63,415 nucleotides of DNA, filler included, from a bacterium (GCA_043817485.1; 7 parts of 7 records of this genome joined end to end with filler, not necessarily neighbours in it); one strand, 5' to 3'. Shown: positions 19,936 to 31,589, numbered from the whole stretch's first letter. Notes: generated by a model from the letters alone, not told the origin. Made by a program: numbers and translations.

Positions 19936-21028
19936 TTAATTTTCTTTTTGAATTTTTAAAAAAGATAACATAAAATCATTCAAATCTCCATTTAATACTT
20001 GTGTTGTTTTTCCTGTTTCTATCCCAGTACGATGATCTTTAATCATTTTATAAGGATGAAGAATATAAGATCTAATTTGATTTCCCCAACTAATTTCTTT
20101 TTTAGGAGCTAAAGTTTTTGAAAGTTTTTCTTCTTGTTGTTTTTTATAAAATTCACTAATTCGAGATATTAAAACTTTCATAGCCATAGCTTTATTTTGA
20201 TGTTGAGATCTTTCATTTTGACATTGAGCAGTAATTTTAGTAGGTAAATGTGTTAGTCTTACAGCTGAATCTGTAACATTTACATGTTGACCTCCATGTC
20301 CACTTGCTCGAAAAGTTTCTATTTTTAAATCATTGGAATTTATTTGTATTTTTTGTTCTTCTTTTGTTTCTGGGAAAACAAATACAGAAGCAAAAGAAGT
20401 ATGTCTTCGTTTATTAGCATCAAAAGGAGAAATTCTAACTAAACGATGAATTCCAGTTTCTGATTTTAAATATCCATTGGCATATTTTCCTATAACTAAA
20501 ATTGTTACACTTTTTATTCCAGTTTCTTCTCCAGATAAAAAATCAATTATTTTATATTTAAATTTGTTGTTTTCTATCCATCTTACATACATTCTCATTA
20601 ACATTTCTGCCCAATCACAAGATTCTACGCCACCAGCACCTGGATGAATTTCCAAAAAAGCATTAGATTCATCATTTGCTTTTTTAAATAAATTTTTTAT
20701 TTCTAATTCTTTTATTTTTAATTCAAAATTTTCTATATTTTTTTCCAAATCTAAAACTTCTTCTACATTATTTTTATTGATTAAATTCAAATAATCTTTA
20801 AGATCATTAAATTCTTTTTGTAAATTATCCCATTCTATAATAATTATTTTTAAATCCTTAAATTCTTTATTTAAAGAAGTCATTTTTTTCTTGTCTTGCC
20901 ATAAAGATGGATCTTTAATTTGTTTTTCTAATTCTTCTGTTTGTAATTTTTTATTTTCTAAATCAAAGATGCCCCCTAATTTCTTTTATAACTATTTCTA
21001 ATTCATTTATTTTTTGCAATAAATCCAT
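19936..21028 (-). CDS. prfB: Peptide chain release factor 2 with programmed +1 frameshift
   Basis: SPF and GGQ motifs; upstream short ORF MDLLQKINELEIVIKEIRGHL from ATG at 21028 ends in AGGGGG-CAT-CTT-TGA-T; the +1 frame continues DLENKK into the annotated ORF. Confidence 0.95.
20962..20977 (-). promoter_or_regulatory. prfB autoregulatory frameshift site (internal Shine-Dalgarno plus CTT-TGA)
   Basis: Minus strand reads AGGGGGCATCTTTGAT. Confidence 0.92.
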
Positions 21029-21053
21029 TATCTCTCCTTAATTATAGAATATT

Positions 21054-22277
21054 TTATTTTTCTTTAAAGAATAATTTACTGTAAAAAAAAGATATACTTG
21101 TTAAAATAGATATTATAGCAAGTATTATTAAAATATATTCTATTTTTATTTTTTCAGCAGACCAACCAATAATTAAAGCAAAACAAAGAGAAGAAAGAGA
21201 AAGTAATATTTCTTTTATACTAAAAATTTTACCTCTTAATTTTTCTGAAACTTTTTCTTGAATATAAGTTTCTTGAGAAATTAAAATTCCAGAAGTTGCC
21301 ATTCCACCAATAATTGCTATTAAATTAATTAAGAAAAAAGAAATTTTATAACAAGTTAATGAAAATAATATTCCTATACTAAAAAAACTAATTATAAAAA
21401 TATATTTTTTAGAAATTCTTTTATGAAAAATACTTATTAATAAAGCTCCTAAAATCATGCCAATTGCCATAAATCCTCTAGTTAATCCAACACCACTAGT
21501 TCCTTTATGTAATTCTTGTTGAATTTTAGGAATAAAGATTACATAAGTTGAAGAAACAATTAATCCAAATATTACAACTGTACACATTAATAAAAGAATA
21601 ACTCTTGTTTTTAAAACTAAAATAAAAGATTCTTTTATCTCAGAAAAAATATTTTTAATTAGAAAAAATGTTTTTAATTTAGGAGATGGAAGAATTTTTT
21701 CTAAGTTGTAAGGAATTAAAAAAATAAAAATAAAAGAAATAAAATAGGTAATAGCATCAATATAAAAACCATTATTCCATCCAACAAAATCTAATAAATA
21801 ACCACCTAAAACCATTCCAAATACAGTAGCAAATCTAATAATGAAATTTAAAATAGAATTAGATAATAGCAATTTATTATAAGTAACAATTTGAGGGATA
21901 AAACTTACTCGAGCAATATTAAAAAATGGACATAAAGCAAAAATTAAAAATATAACTAAATAAACAAATGTAAAATTTTGTCCAGAAAACTTTATTATTA
22001 AAGGAAGTGAAGCAATTAAAAGTCCACGAGCAATATCGCTAAAAAGCATTATTGATCGTTTACTATATTTATCTGCAAGAATACCAGCTATTGGACTAAA
22101 AAGAATTGGTGGAAGTGTGAAAAATATTGCCATTTTTGAAAATCCAAAATAAGATCCTGGATTAAAATGACCAACTAATGCAATAAGTACCATATGAGTA
22201 ATACGATCTCCAAATTGAGAAACAAGACTACCATTACATAAAAAAATAAAATTTTTAGAATGAAGAAGTTCTTTCAA
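21054..22277 (-). CDS. MFS transporter (DHA3/H+ antiporter-like)
   Basis: About 12 TM segments; VSQFGD, AGILADKYSKR, LRGKIFS. Confidence 0.85.
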   Translation of the reverse strand: MKELLHSKNFIFLCNGSLVSQFGDRITHMVLIALVGHFNPGSYFGFSKMAIFFTLPPILFSPIAGILADKYSKRSIMLFSDIARGLLIASLPLIIKFSGQNFTFVYLVIFLIFALCPFFNIARVSFIPQIVTYNKLLLSNSILNFIIRFATVFGMVLGGYLLDFVGWNNGFYIDAITYFISFIFIFLIPYNLEKILPSPKLKTFFLIKNIFSEIKESFILVLKTRVILLLMCTVVIFGLIVSSTYVIFIPKIQQELHKGTSGVGLTRGFMAIGMILGALLISIFHKRISKKYIFIISFFSIGILFSLTCYKISFFLINLIAIIGGMATSGILISQETYIQEKVSEKLRGKIFSIKEILLSLSSLCFALIIGWSAEKIKIEYILIILAIISILTSISFFYSKLFFKEK

Positions 22278-22286
22278 TTTTTTCCT

Positions 22287-22748
22287 TTATATTTCAATTA
22301 TTTCTATTTTATCTCCAACTTTTATTTCCCCTTTTTCTATTACTTGACCAAATATTCCTTTTTTAGGCATAATACAATCACCTATTTTATAATAAATAGA
22401 ACAATAACGATGACATTCTTTGCCTATTTTAGAAATTTTCAAAATTACTTCATCTCCAATTTTAAGACAAGTTCCTATTTCTAAAGAAGATAGATCTATT
22501 CCAATTGTAGTAATATTTTCTGCAAAATTTCCAGGTTCAATAGTATCAATAGGATTATTTTTAATTTTAGGACAAGCGTTTATTTTTTTAATATCTTCTA
22601 ATGCTAATAAACTTACTTGACGATCACCTTTTCCTTTATGAGCATCATTTAACAATCCTTCATTTTTTTCAAAAATACCTTCTTTGATAGGAATTTTAAA
22701 AGTACCTTTTTTTTCACTGATATTAATGGAAAATACTTTTGCATCCAT
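22287..22748 (-). CDS. MOSC domain-containing protein
   Basis: DAH...RQVSLL, PGNFAENITT, IGKECH..C.I....GDCIMPKKGIF. Confidence 0.88.
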   Translation of the reverse strand: MDAKVFSINISEKKGTFKIPIKEGIFEKNEGLLNDAHKGKGDRQVSLLALEDIKKINACPKIKNNPIDTIEPGNFAENITTIGIDLSSLEIGTCLKIGDEVILKISKIGKECHRYCSIYYKIGDCIMPKKGIFGQVIEKGEIKVGDKIEIIEI

Positions 22749-22749
22749 A

Positions 22750-23694
22750 TTATCCTCCTATTTGAAACATATGTTTTTTATTAAAATTTTTTTTAAGATA
22801 AGGAGATTTAAGAGAAATGGCTTTATTGAAAAGATGCTTTATTTCTATTTCATCATCTTTTTTTAAAGATTTTTTAATATCTATGGCAAAATCAGATAAA
22901 AGACAAGGTCTAATTTGCCCATTAATAGTTAATCTTAAACGATTACAATTATTACAAAAGTTTTTTTCACTTCTTGGACTAATTAATCCAATTAAAGAAG
23001 AATGTCCTTTTATTTTAAAATATTGAGCAGGTCCATTTTCTTGTTTTGATAAAGAAACATTTTCCAATGGTCCAAAAAAATTTGTTATTTTTTCTTTTAT
23101 TAAAGAATTGGATAAAAAACTAACATTATTTTTTGTTTGTATTCCCATATGTTCAATAAATCTAATACACAAATTATTTTCTAAAGAAAATTTTATAAAA
23201 TCTAAAATTTCATCATCATTAAAATTAGGAATGACTACAACATTTATTTTAATTTGATTAAAACCACATTTTAAACTTTCTTTTAATCCAGCCATAACTT
23301 CTTCAAATTTATCATGTCCTGTAATTTTAATAAATTTTGATGGACTTAAAGTATCAAGACTTATATTTATTCTTTTTAATCCAGATTTTTTTAATGAAGT
23401 AGCATATTTTTCTAAAAGTGTTCCATTAGTAGTTATTGCTAAATCTTTTATTTTTTTTATTTTTGCAAGCATTTCAATTAATTCTAAAATATTTTTTTTC
23501 AGTAAAGGCTCTCCTCCAGTAATTCTTACTTTATCAATTCCCCAATTAGAAACATAATTAACAAATTTGACTATTTCTTCAAAACGAAGAATTTCATTGA
23601 AAGAAAAATATTTTATTTTTTGTGAAGGTCTACAATAAAAACAATTTAAATTACAAAAATCTGTAATAGAAATTCGTAAATAATTTATTTTCAA
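22750..23694 (-). CDS. moaA: GTP 3',8-cyclase MoaA
   Basis: YLRISITDFCNLNCFYC, TGGEPL, FCNNCNRLRLT...PCL, C-terminal IGG. Confidence 0.93.
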   Translation of the reverse strand: MKINYLRISITDFCNLNCFYCRPSQKIKYFSFNEILRFEEIVKFVNYVSNWGIDKVRITGGEPLLKKNILELIEMLAKIKKIKDLAITTNGTLLEKYATSLKKSGLKRINISLDTLSPSKFIKITGHDKFEEVMAGLKESLKCGFNQIKINVVVIPNFNDDEILDFIKFSLENNLCIRFIEHMGIQTKNNVSFLSNSLIKEKITNFFGPLENVSLSKQENGPAQYFKIKGHSSLIGLISPRSEKNFCNNCNRLRLTINGQIRPCLLSDFAIDIKKSLKKDDEIEIKHLFNKAISLKSPYLKKNFNKKHMFQIGG

Positions 23695-23749
23695 AATTAA
23701 ATTCCTTTTTTTCCTTTGTTTTATGTTTTAACAAATAATATTAAAAATG

Positions 23750-24583
23750 TTATAAGGATAAGTATTCTTTTATTGCATCTTCCCAAGATCTTGATAGATC
23801 CATTTTTCTTAATTCTAAACAATAATTTTTCAAAACAGAATTTGTTGGTCTTTTAGCAAGTCTTTTTATTTCACTTGAAGCAATAGGTAAAATTTTTGTT
23901 TTTGACCCACTTATTTCAATTATTTTTTTAGCAAATTCAAACCAAGTACAACTTTCTTTATTAGAAATATGATAGGTTCCAAAAAAATTTGTTTTAATTA
24001 ATTTACTTATTTGATAAGATAAATCAACAGTAAAAGTAGGACTTCCGTTTTGATCATCAACAACTTTAATTTCATTCTGCTCTTTAGATAATTTAATAAT
24101 AGTATTTATGAAATTTTTTCCATATTTACCAAATAACCAAGAAGTTCTAATAATATAAAATTTTTTAACCAATGTTTTTACATATTCTTCTCCAGCTAAT
24201 TTTGACCAACCATAAGTATTTATAGGATTTGGAAAATCAAATTCAAGATACGGAGATTCTTTTTGTCCATTAAAAACATAATCTGTACTTATATAAACTA
24301 AACTTTTATTTAATTCAGAAGCAATAAGTGCTATATTCCAAGTCCCTAAAGAATTTATTTCAAAAGCTTTATCTTTATTTATTTCACAACCATCAACATC
24401 TGTATAAGCAGCTAAATTTATTATTAAATCGCTATTTGTTTGTTTAATGAATTTATTTACTTGATCTATTTTTACAATATCTATTTCATTTATATCTGCT
24501 TCTATTACTTCATTTTCTTTTTTTAAAATAGGACACAAATCTTGTCCTAACATTCCTTTAGCGCCAATTACTAATATTTTCAT
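23750..24583 (-). CDS. rfbD: dTDP-4-dehydrorhamnose reductase
   Basis: GAKGMLG, AAYTDVDGCE, ISTDYVF, YGWSKLAGE, DQNGSPT. Confidence 0.93.
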   Translation of the reverse strand: MKILVIGAKGMLGQDLCPILKKENEVIEADINEIDIVKIDQVNKFIKQTNSDLIINLAAYTDVDGCEINKDKAFEINSLGTWNIALIASELNKSLVYISTDYVFNGQKESPYLEFDFPNPINTYGWSKLAGEEYVKTLVKKFYIIRTSWLFGKYGKNFINTIIKLSKEQNEIKVVDDQNGSPTFTVDLSYQISKLIKTNFFGTYHISNKESCTWFEFAKKIIEISGSKTKILPIASSEIKRLAKRPTNSVLKNYCLELRKMDLSRSWEDAIKEYLSL

Positions 24584-24606
24584 AATGCCTCCAGATATTA
24601 TTATTT

Positions 24607-24713
24607 ATACCAAATCACATTTAAACGCTTGTTAGTTTTGTCGTCGGTTTCTTCAATGTATAATCTAATACATTTTTTCGATTTATTATCATTTTGAATG
24701 CAATTTGTGGTAT
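24607..24713 (+). mobile_element. Family D element (internally shortened)
   Basis: ataccaaatcacatttaaacgct...tttgtcgtcggttt...ttattatcattttgaatgcaatttgtggtat. Confidence 0.7.
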
Positions 24714-24726
24714 TAACTTAAATATT

Positions 24727-25401
24727 TTATTTCCATTTCATTAATAAATGTACTTGTGGAATAATTCTTACTTCTTTTAAAACTTTATTTGCTATTAAAT
24801 AAAAAGAAAGCAATTTTTTCAAATCTGGAGTTTTTTTTATTTTTTTTCCTAAACTTACAGGTTGTAAAATTAAGGGTATTTTGGGATTAATTTTTTCAAT
24901 TACATTTACGCAATTTTCAATATCCTTTTTTGTTGTAGAAGAAGTAATAATTGCTTTTACTAAACATTTTTTTGTTTTGCTTATTTGTAAAAAATCATAA
25001 TGTTCTTTTGTAAAATCTTTTAATCCAGTAGCACTTGATATTTTAAAATCCATAGAAATAAAATCTACCCATTTAATTATTTTACAAAGTTCTTTTGGTA
25101 AAGTTCCATTTGTTTCTAAATAAATTTTGAAATATTTTTTCAAAGAAGGTAGACATTGATTTAAAAAATCTGCATAAAGTAATGGTTCTCCTCCAGTTAA
25201 AGATAACCATTTAAAATTATATTGTTTAAGCAAATTTACTAATTGATCAGAAGAAAGAGAAAAGTTTGTTTTAAAATTTGTATCACAAAATTTGCATTTT
25301 AAATTACATTTACTAAATCGTACAAAAACTTGAGGGATTCCTACTAATAAACCTTCTCCTTGAATAGAAGTAAATATTTCTGTAAAATTAGCTTGTTTCA
25401 T
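24727..25401 (-). CDS. queE: 7-carboxy-7-deazaguanine synthase (radical SAM)
   Basis: EIFTSIQGEG, CNLKCKFCDT, TGGEPL, ETNGT, IPQVH. Confidence 0.9.
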   Translation of the reverse strand: MKQANFTEIFTSIQGEGLLVGIPQVFVRFSKCNLKCKFCDTNFKTNFSLSSDQLVNLLKQYNFKWLSLTGGEPLLYADFLNQCLPSLKKYFKIYLETNGTLPKELCKIIKWVDFISMDFKISSATGLKDFTKEHYDFLQISKTKKCLVKAIITSSTTKKDIENCVNVIEKINPKIPLILQPVSLGKKIKKTPDLKKLLSFYLIANKVLKEVRIIPQVHLLMKWK

Positions 25402-26653
25402 TTTTCATTAATAATATTTTTTGAAATTATTTTACTTATATTTGGACCAATAGCACAAATTTTAAAATTTTCTTTTTTTATCAATTCTTCTGCTATTCGC
25501 AAAATATCTTCTTGAGAAATTTTATTTATTCTTTCAATAATTTCATTTAAAGTAAAGTAATTATTAAAATAAATTTCTGCATTTGCCAATCTTTTCATTC
25601 TAACATTAATACTTTCCATACTTAACATTATGTGTCCTTTTAATTGTTCTTTTGCTATTTTAAGCTCATCACAAGAAATCCCTTCTTTTTTTATCAAATT
25701 TATTTCTTTTAAAATAAGTTTGATTACTTGATTTAAAGATTTTTTAGAAGTACCAGCATATATTCCTAAAGTACCATCAGTTTTATAAGATTCAAGAAAA
25801 GAATAAATAGAATATGCTAATCCTTTCTCTTCTCTTATTTTTTGAAATAATCTTGAACTCATTCCAGATCCCAAAACAATATTTAAAATACTTAAAACAA
25901 ATCTATCTGGATGAACATAAGGAATAGTTTTTATTCCTAAACATAAATGAAATTGTTCTAATTTTTTATTTTTAATTATTATTTTAGGTTTTTTAAAAAA
26001 AATAGGTAAAGAAGAAAATGAAGTATTTTTAAGAGAAGAAAAAGTTTTATTAGCAAATTTTACAATATCATTATGATTTAAATTCCCACTTGCTGTAATA
26101 AGAAAATTTTCCCCAGAATGAATTTTTTTCATAAAAGAAATTAAATTATCTTTTGTAAAATGTAAAATATTATTTTTATTCCCAAGTATTGGTTGGCCAA
26201 GAGAAGAATCTTTAAAAATTGTTTGAATAAATAAATCTGTTATCAATTCTTCTGGATTATCTTCATACATTTTTATTTCTTCAATAATGACTTTTTTTTC
26301 TTTTTCTATTTCTTTAGAATCAAAAATAGAATTAAGAAACATATCAGATAAAAGATCTAATGCTATATTCAAATGTTCATCTAATATTCTGGCATTAAGA
26401 GACATATATTCTTTGGTAGTAAAACCATTCAAATAACCACCAACTCTATCTAATGTTTGTGCAATTTCTTTAGTAGATCGTTTTTGTGTCCCTTTAAAAA
26501 ACATATGCTCTATAAAATGTGATATGCCAAGCATATTTCCATCATCTTTTGATCCGATTAATATCCAAAACCCAAAGATATTGATTTAACTGTACTTATT
26601 TTTTCTGTAATAATTCTTATTTTATTATCAAGTACTGTTTTTTGATAAGACAT
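25398..26653 (-). CDS. M16 family zinc peptidase, frameshifted near 26567-26570
   Basis: HFIEH motif, GMSSRLFQKIRE; true N-terminus MSYQKTVLDNKIRIITEK at 26653 joins if one T is restored in a T4 run. Confidence 0.88.
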
Positions 26654-26661
26654 TTTATATA

Positions 26662-28779
26662 TTATCCTTCAATTTGTTTTTCTTGTTTTTCTTGTTCTTC
26701 ATTTTTTTTCTGTCGTAAAGCTTGTTTTCTACTTAAATTTATTCTACCTATTTCATCTATTTCTATTACTTTAACTGGAATTTCATCTCCTATTTTTACA
26801 ACATCTTCTACATTTTTAACATGACTTTCACTAAGTTGAGAAATGTGAACTAATCCTTCTTTGCCTGGACCTATTTCTACAAAAGCACCAAAATTTGTTA
26901 TTCTTGAAACTTTTCCATTATAAATTGTGCCAACTTCAATTTCTTGAGTAAGAATATCTATTATTTCTTTAGCTCTTTGTACTGCTTTTGCATCTTGTGA
27001 AAAAATAAAAACCATTCCATCTTCATCTTTAATATCAATGGAAACTCCAGTTTCTGCAATAATTCTTTTAATAGTTTTACCAGAAGGTCCAATAACCTCT
27101 CCAATTTTTTCTTTTTTAATAGGAAAAGAAATAATTTTAGGAGCAAATACAGAAAGATTTTTTTTAGGTTCAGGAATAACTTCTAAAATTTTATTTAAAA
27201 TAAAATATCTATCTTTTTCTGCTTGTTCAATAATTTTACCTATAAGTTCTAATCTAATTCCAGAAATTTTAAGATCTAATTGAATAGCAGTAATTCCTTT
27301 ACAAGTACCAGCGATTTTAAAATCCATATCTCCGATATGATCTTCTAATCCACTAATATCTGAAAGAATAATTTCTTCATCACCTTTTTTTATTAGACCC
27401 ATAGCAACACCAGTTACTGGCGAAGTAATTGGAACTCCAGCATCCATTAAGGATAAGGTAGTGCCACAAACTGAAGCCATAGAAGAAGAGCCATTTGATT
27501 CTAAAATATCAGAAACTACTCTAATAGTATAAGGGAAATCTTTTTTATTTGGAATAATTGGTTTTATAGCTCTTTCTGCTAAACTACCATGACCTATTTC
27601 TCTTCTACCAGGGCCTCTTAAAGGCTTAACATCACCAGTACTAAAAGGAGGAAAATTGTAATGCAACATAAACGATTTTGGAACATTACTTTCTAAATCA
27701 TCTATTTTTTGCTCATCAATAGAAGATCCCAAAGTAGTGACAACTAATGCTTGTGTTTGTCCACGTGTAAAAAGTGCTGATCCATGTGTTTGAGCAAGTA
27801 CTTCTATTTCACAAGTTATAGGTCTTATTTCAGTAAAAGAACGACCGTCAATTCGTTTTTTTTCATTTATTATAAAATCTCTTGCTTCTTCTTTTTCTAA
27901 AGTTTTAAAAATATCTAAAATATCTTGTTTTTTTTCTTGTCCAAATTTTTCTATACAATTTTTCATTGAAACATCTATTTTTTTTTCTCTTTCTAATTTT
28001 TCTGTAATTTTATAAGCTTCTTTAATTTCTAATATAACAGTTTCTTTAATAAATTTTTCTAAATTTGGATCTATTGATTTAGGAGCAATTATTAATTTTT
28101 CAGTTTCACATAATTTTCTTAATTCTTCTTGTAATGAAAGAATAATTTTTATTTGATCAAAAGCAAAAGCACAAGCATCACAAATCAAAGAATTAGAAAC
28201 TTCTTTAGAACTTCCTTCTATCATTATAATATCAGAAGGAGTAGCTGCAATAACTAAATCTAATATTCCTTTTTCTATCTGCTCATAATTAGGATTACAT
28301 AAAAATTTACCATCAAGATATCCTACTCTAACAGATCCAAGTTTTGAAATAAGAGGAATGTTAGATATCAATAAAGCTGCAAACATTCCATTCATACCTA
28401 TAATATCTGGCAAATTTTCTTGATCTACAGAAAGAACTGTAACTATATTTTGAATTTCATTACGAATATGTTGAGGAATAAGAGGACGAATAGGTCTATC
28501 TATTAAACGAGAAATAAGAATTTCTTTATCTCTAGGACGACCTTCTCTTTTGAAAAATCCACCTGGAATTTTTCCAGCAGCATAAGATCTTTCTCTATAT
28601 TCAGTAGTAAGAGGTAGAAAATCAATATTTTCTATTTCTTTTTTAGCCATAACACAAGTAGCTAAAATTGTAGTTCCTTCACATTGAGCTATTACCGAAG
28701 CATTTGACTGTTTGGCAAGATATCCTGTTTCTAAAGTTAAAACCTTTCCATTTATTTCTGCTTGAACTTTTTTAAGCAT
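26662..28779 (-). CDS. pnp: Polyribonucleotide nucleotidyltransferase
   Basis: AAGKIPGGFFKREG, RREIGHG, ESNGSSSMAS, KH and S1 domains. Confidence 0.97.
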   Translation of the reverse strand: MLKKVQAEINGKVLTLETGYLAKQSNASVIAQCEGTTILATCVMAKKEIENIDFLPLTTEYRERSYAAGKIPGGFFKREGRPRDKEILISRLIDRPIRPLIPQHIRNEIQNIVTVLSVDQENLPDIIGMNGMFAALLISNIPLISKLGSVRVGYLDGKFLCNPNYEQIEKGILDLVIAATPSDIIMIEGSSKEVSNSLICDACAFAFDQIKIILSLQEELRKLCETEKLIIAPKSIDPNLEKFIKETVILEIKEAYKITEKLEREKKIDVSMKNCIEKFGQEKKQDILDIFKTLEKEEARDFIINEKKRIDGRSFTEIRPITCEIEVLAQTHGSALFTRGQTQALVVTTLGSSIDEQKIDDLESNVPKSFMLHYNFPPFSTGDVKPLRGPGRREIGHGSLAERAIKPIIPNKKDFPYTIRVVSDILESNGSSSMASVCGTTLSLMDAGVPITSPVTGVAMGLIKKGDEEIILSDISGLEDHIGDMDFKIAGTCKGITAIQLDLKISGIRLELIGKIIEQAEKDRYFILNKILEVIPEPKKNLSVFAPKIISFPIKKEKIGEVIGPSGKTIKRIIAETGVSIDIKDEDGMVFIFSQDAKAVQRAKEIIDILTQEIEVGTIYNGKVSRITNFGAFVEIGPGKEGLVHISQLSESHVKNVEDVVKIGDEIPVKVIEIDEIGRINLSRKQALRQKKNEEQEKQEKQIEG

Positions 28780-30275
28780 TACTTTTCTCCTTAATTTTAT
28801 GTAATGTTATTTTTTTATATGAAATTATTATTAATAAAATAGAAATAAATAAACAACAAAAAGCAAATATATCTCCAAACTTTGTATAAAAAGTTTTTTG
28901 TGGGAAAAAGAAAATATTTGCTTTTAAAATAGTTTTTTTAAAAATTTGTGTTTGTGTAATTATTCTACCACCAGCATCAATAATTAGAGATACTCCAGTA
29001 TTTGCAGATCTTACTAATGGAACTCTATTTTCTGCAGCTCTAAAAATTGACATTAAAGCATGTTGATAAGGAGCAGCAGTTTTTCCAAACCAAGCATCAT
29101 TAGTAATATTGCATAAAAATAAAGCATCTTTTTTTACAAAATTACGAGCAATATTTGGAAAAATAGATTCAAAGCAAATTAAAGTGCCAGTAGAAGCAAT
29201 ATTCCCTTTAAGAACATTATAAGATGAACCTGATGTAAAATCTGAAAGATCAAGTTTTGAAGATATCCATGGAATATATTTTCTTCCTAAAATATATTCT
29301 CCAAAAGGAACTAAATGTGTTTTGTCATATCGATCTAACAACCCTTTTTCTGAAATTAAAAAAGCTGAATTATAATAATTTTTATTTTCTTGGTGAACAG
29401 AACCTACAATTAATTCCAAATTATATTTTTGAGCCATTTTGCATAAAGAAGTATTAGTTTCTGGATCATAAGCTAAAAAAGAAAGAATAGCAGTTTCTGG
29501 CCAAACAATAAATTTTGCTTTTTGTTTAGCTAATTTTTCACTTAATAAAAAATAAGTTTTAAAATTTTCTTGTATTTGTTCTATTGTAATATTGTCTTTT
29601 TCTGCATTAGGTTGTAATACTCCTACACAAAGACTTTTTTTTGAAGTAGTACAAGGAATTATTATGCTTCCTATTATAAATAAAACTAATATGACACCAA
29701 TTCCTAAAAAACTTATTAAATAATTTTTTTTTTGATATAAGGAAACTAATATACAATTAAATAAAACAATAATAAATGATAAACCATAAATTCCAGTAAC
29801 AGTGGTTATTTGAAGTAAAGGTAAATTAAGATATTGAGAATATCCTAAAAAAAGCCAAGGAAAACCAGTCATTAAATAAGTTTGTAATAATTCTAAAGAT
29901 GTCCAAATAAAAGGGGCAATTAAAATTAAAGGCAATTTTAATTTTTTACTTATTAGTTTTGAAAAATAACAAAAAAAAAGCAGTATAAAGAGACAAATAT
30001 AATGATAAAATCAAAAATCCTAAAATAACCATTATTCCATATTTTGAAGTAAAAATACAAATCCAATAAAATTTTCCAATAGATGCAATAAAACCAGAAA
30101 TAAATCCCAATAAAAATGGAGATGAATTTTTTTCTAATGCAAGCAAAAGAGGAATTAAACAAATCCAAGCTATAAATAAATTATATAAAGAAAAATTTGG
30201 GGTAAGAAAATTAGGAAAAGATAAAATAATTAAAATACCCGATAAAATAGCCAAAATATAATTTTTCAAAAACAC
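28772..30275 (-). CDS. lnt: Apolipoprotein N-acyltransferase, frameshifted at the A9 run 29971-29979
   Basis: N-terminal TM part (29946-30275) plus GFPW, WPE, YDKTHLVPFGE, ICFE, NDAWF, ANTG. Confidence 0.9.
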
Positions 30276-30355
30276 CTCATTTGAAATATGAAATAATGAA
30301 AAAAAAGGGAGAAAATTCGAAACACAAATATTTTAATATTTCAATTTGTTTTGAA

Positions 30356-30447
30356 TTTCGTTTTTACCAATATCTCGTTTCTATAGGAATGAATTATCTT
30401 TGTGCTTTATTTATAAATGTTCCATAGGAACAATATATCAGTAAGAA
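30356..30447. repeat. Inverted REP-like pair (family G, GTTCCTATGGAAC hairpin)
   Basis: ttttaccaatatctcgtttctataggaatg faces tgttccataggaacaatatatcagtaagaa; ~75-nt direct repeat at 30607-30681. Confidence 0.7.
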
Positions 30448-30606
30448 CTTATTATATAATATTTTTATTAAATTGTCAATATTATTTAAAGGATGGTTTG
30501 AATAGAAGGTTTTTTTCTTTTATGATTTATATCAATTTGACTTCTAAATTTTTAATTGAAAATTGAAAATTTGTTTCGGATTTCATATTTCTGTCATTCG
30601 AATTTG

Positions 30607-30681
30607 TTTCGTTTTTACCAATTCTCGTTCCTATGGAACGAATTATTTTCGTGCTTTATCCATAAATGTTCATTAGAAACA
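30607..30681. repeat. Second family G copy
   Basis: tttcgtttttaccaattctcgttcctatggaacgaattattttcgtgctttatccataaatgttc; perfect hairpin cgttcc-tat-ggaacg. Confidence 0.7.
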
Positions 30682-30725
30682 TTTGCATTTATTGAAAAAT
30701 GAAAATTGAAAATTTGTTTATATTA

Positions 30726-31589
30726 CTATCCCCAATTTAATTTCTCTCTTAAAACTTCATAAAAATTTCTTTCTAATAGAGTAATTAATTGAAAATCCCA
30801 TGTTTCTTTTTCTATAACAATTTCATCATTAGGTAAAATATTAAATCCTCTTTGTCCATCTATAGTCAACATAATCATTTTATGATTTGATGAAACTTTT
30901 ACAGAAATTTTTTCATCACTTTTTACTACTAATGGTTTCATTGTTAAAGTATGAGCACATATAGGTGTTATAATAAAAGCATTTAGTAAAGGATTAACAA
31001 TAGGTCCTCCAGCAGAAAGTGAATGAGCTGTAGAGCCAGTAGGAGTAGAAATTATTAAACCATCTCCTAAAAAAACAGAAATACTTTTTTCATTAATAAG
31101 AGTTTCTATTTTTATCATTCGAGCCAAAGCTTCTTTTTTGGTTATTACAAAATCATTTAATGCAGTAAAACATTTTATTTTTTTTCCTTTTCTCAAAATA
31201 GATGCTTTTATTAACATTCTATTTTCTATTTTATAATTTCCGTTAAAAATTATTTCTAAATCAGAATAAATTTTTTGAGTAGATATGCTTGTTAAAAATC
31301 CCATATTTCCAACATTAATCCCTAAAACAGGTATATTTTTAAAAGCAAGAACATTAATAGAATAAAGCAATGTTCCATCTCCACCTAAAACAATAAGTAT
31401 ATCTGATTCTAAAGTTAATTTGCTATAATTCAAATAATTAAAATTTTTTTTTAAAATATCTTTTATTTCTTCATTTATACTTACATTTATTTTTTTCTTT
31501 TTAAACCATTGTAATAATTTTATAAGCAATTCATCAATATTTTTCTTTTTATGATTTACTAATAAACTAACATTTTTTATTTTATTCAT
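30726..31589 (-). CDS. nadK: NAD kinase
   Basis: LGGDGTLL, ALNDFV, GDGLIISTPTGSTAHSLSAGGP. Confidence 0.95.
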   Translation of the reverse strand: MNKIKNVSLLVNHKKKNIDELLIKLLQWFKKKKINVSINEEIKDILKKNFNYLNYSKLTLESDILIVLGGDGTLLYSINVLAFKNIPVLGINVGNMGFLTSISTQKIYSDLEIIFNGNYKIENRMLIKASILRKGKKIKCFTALNDFVITKKEALARMIKIETLINEKSISVFLGDGLIISTPTGSTAHSLSAGGPIVNPLLNAFIITPICAHTLTMKPLVVKSDEKISVKVSSNHKMIMLTIDGQRGFNILPNDEIVIEKETWDFQLITLLERNFYEVLREKLNWG

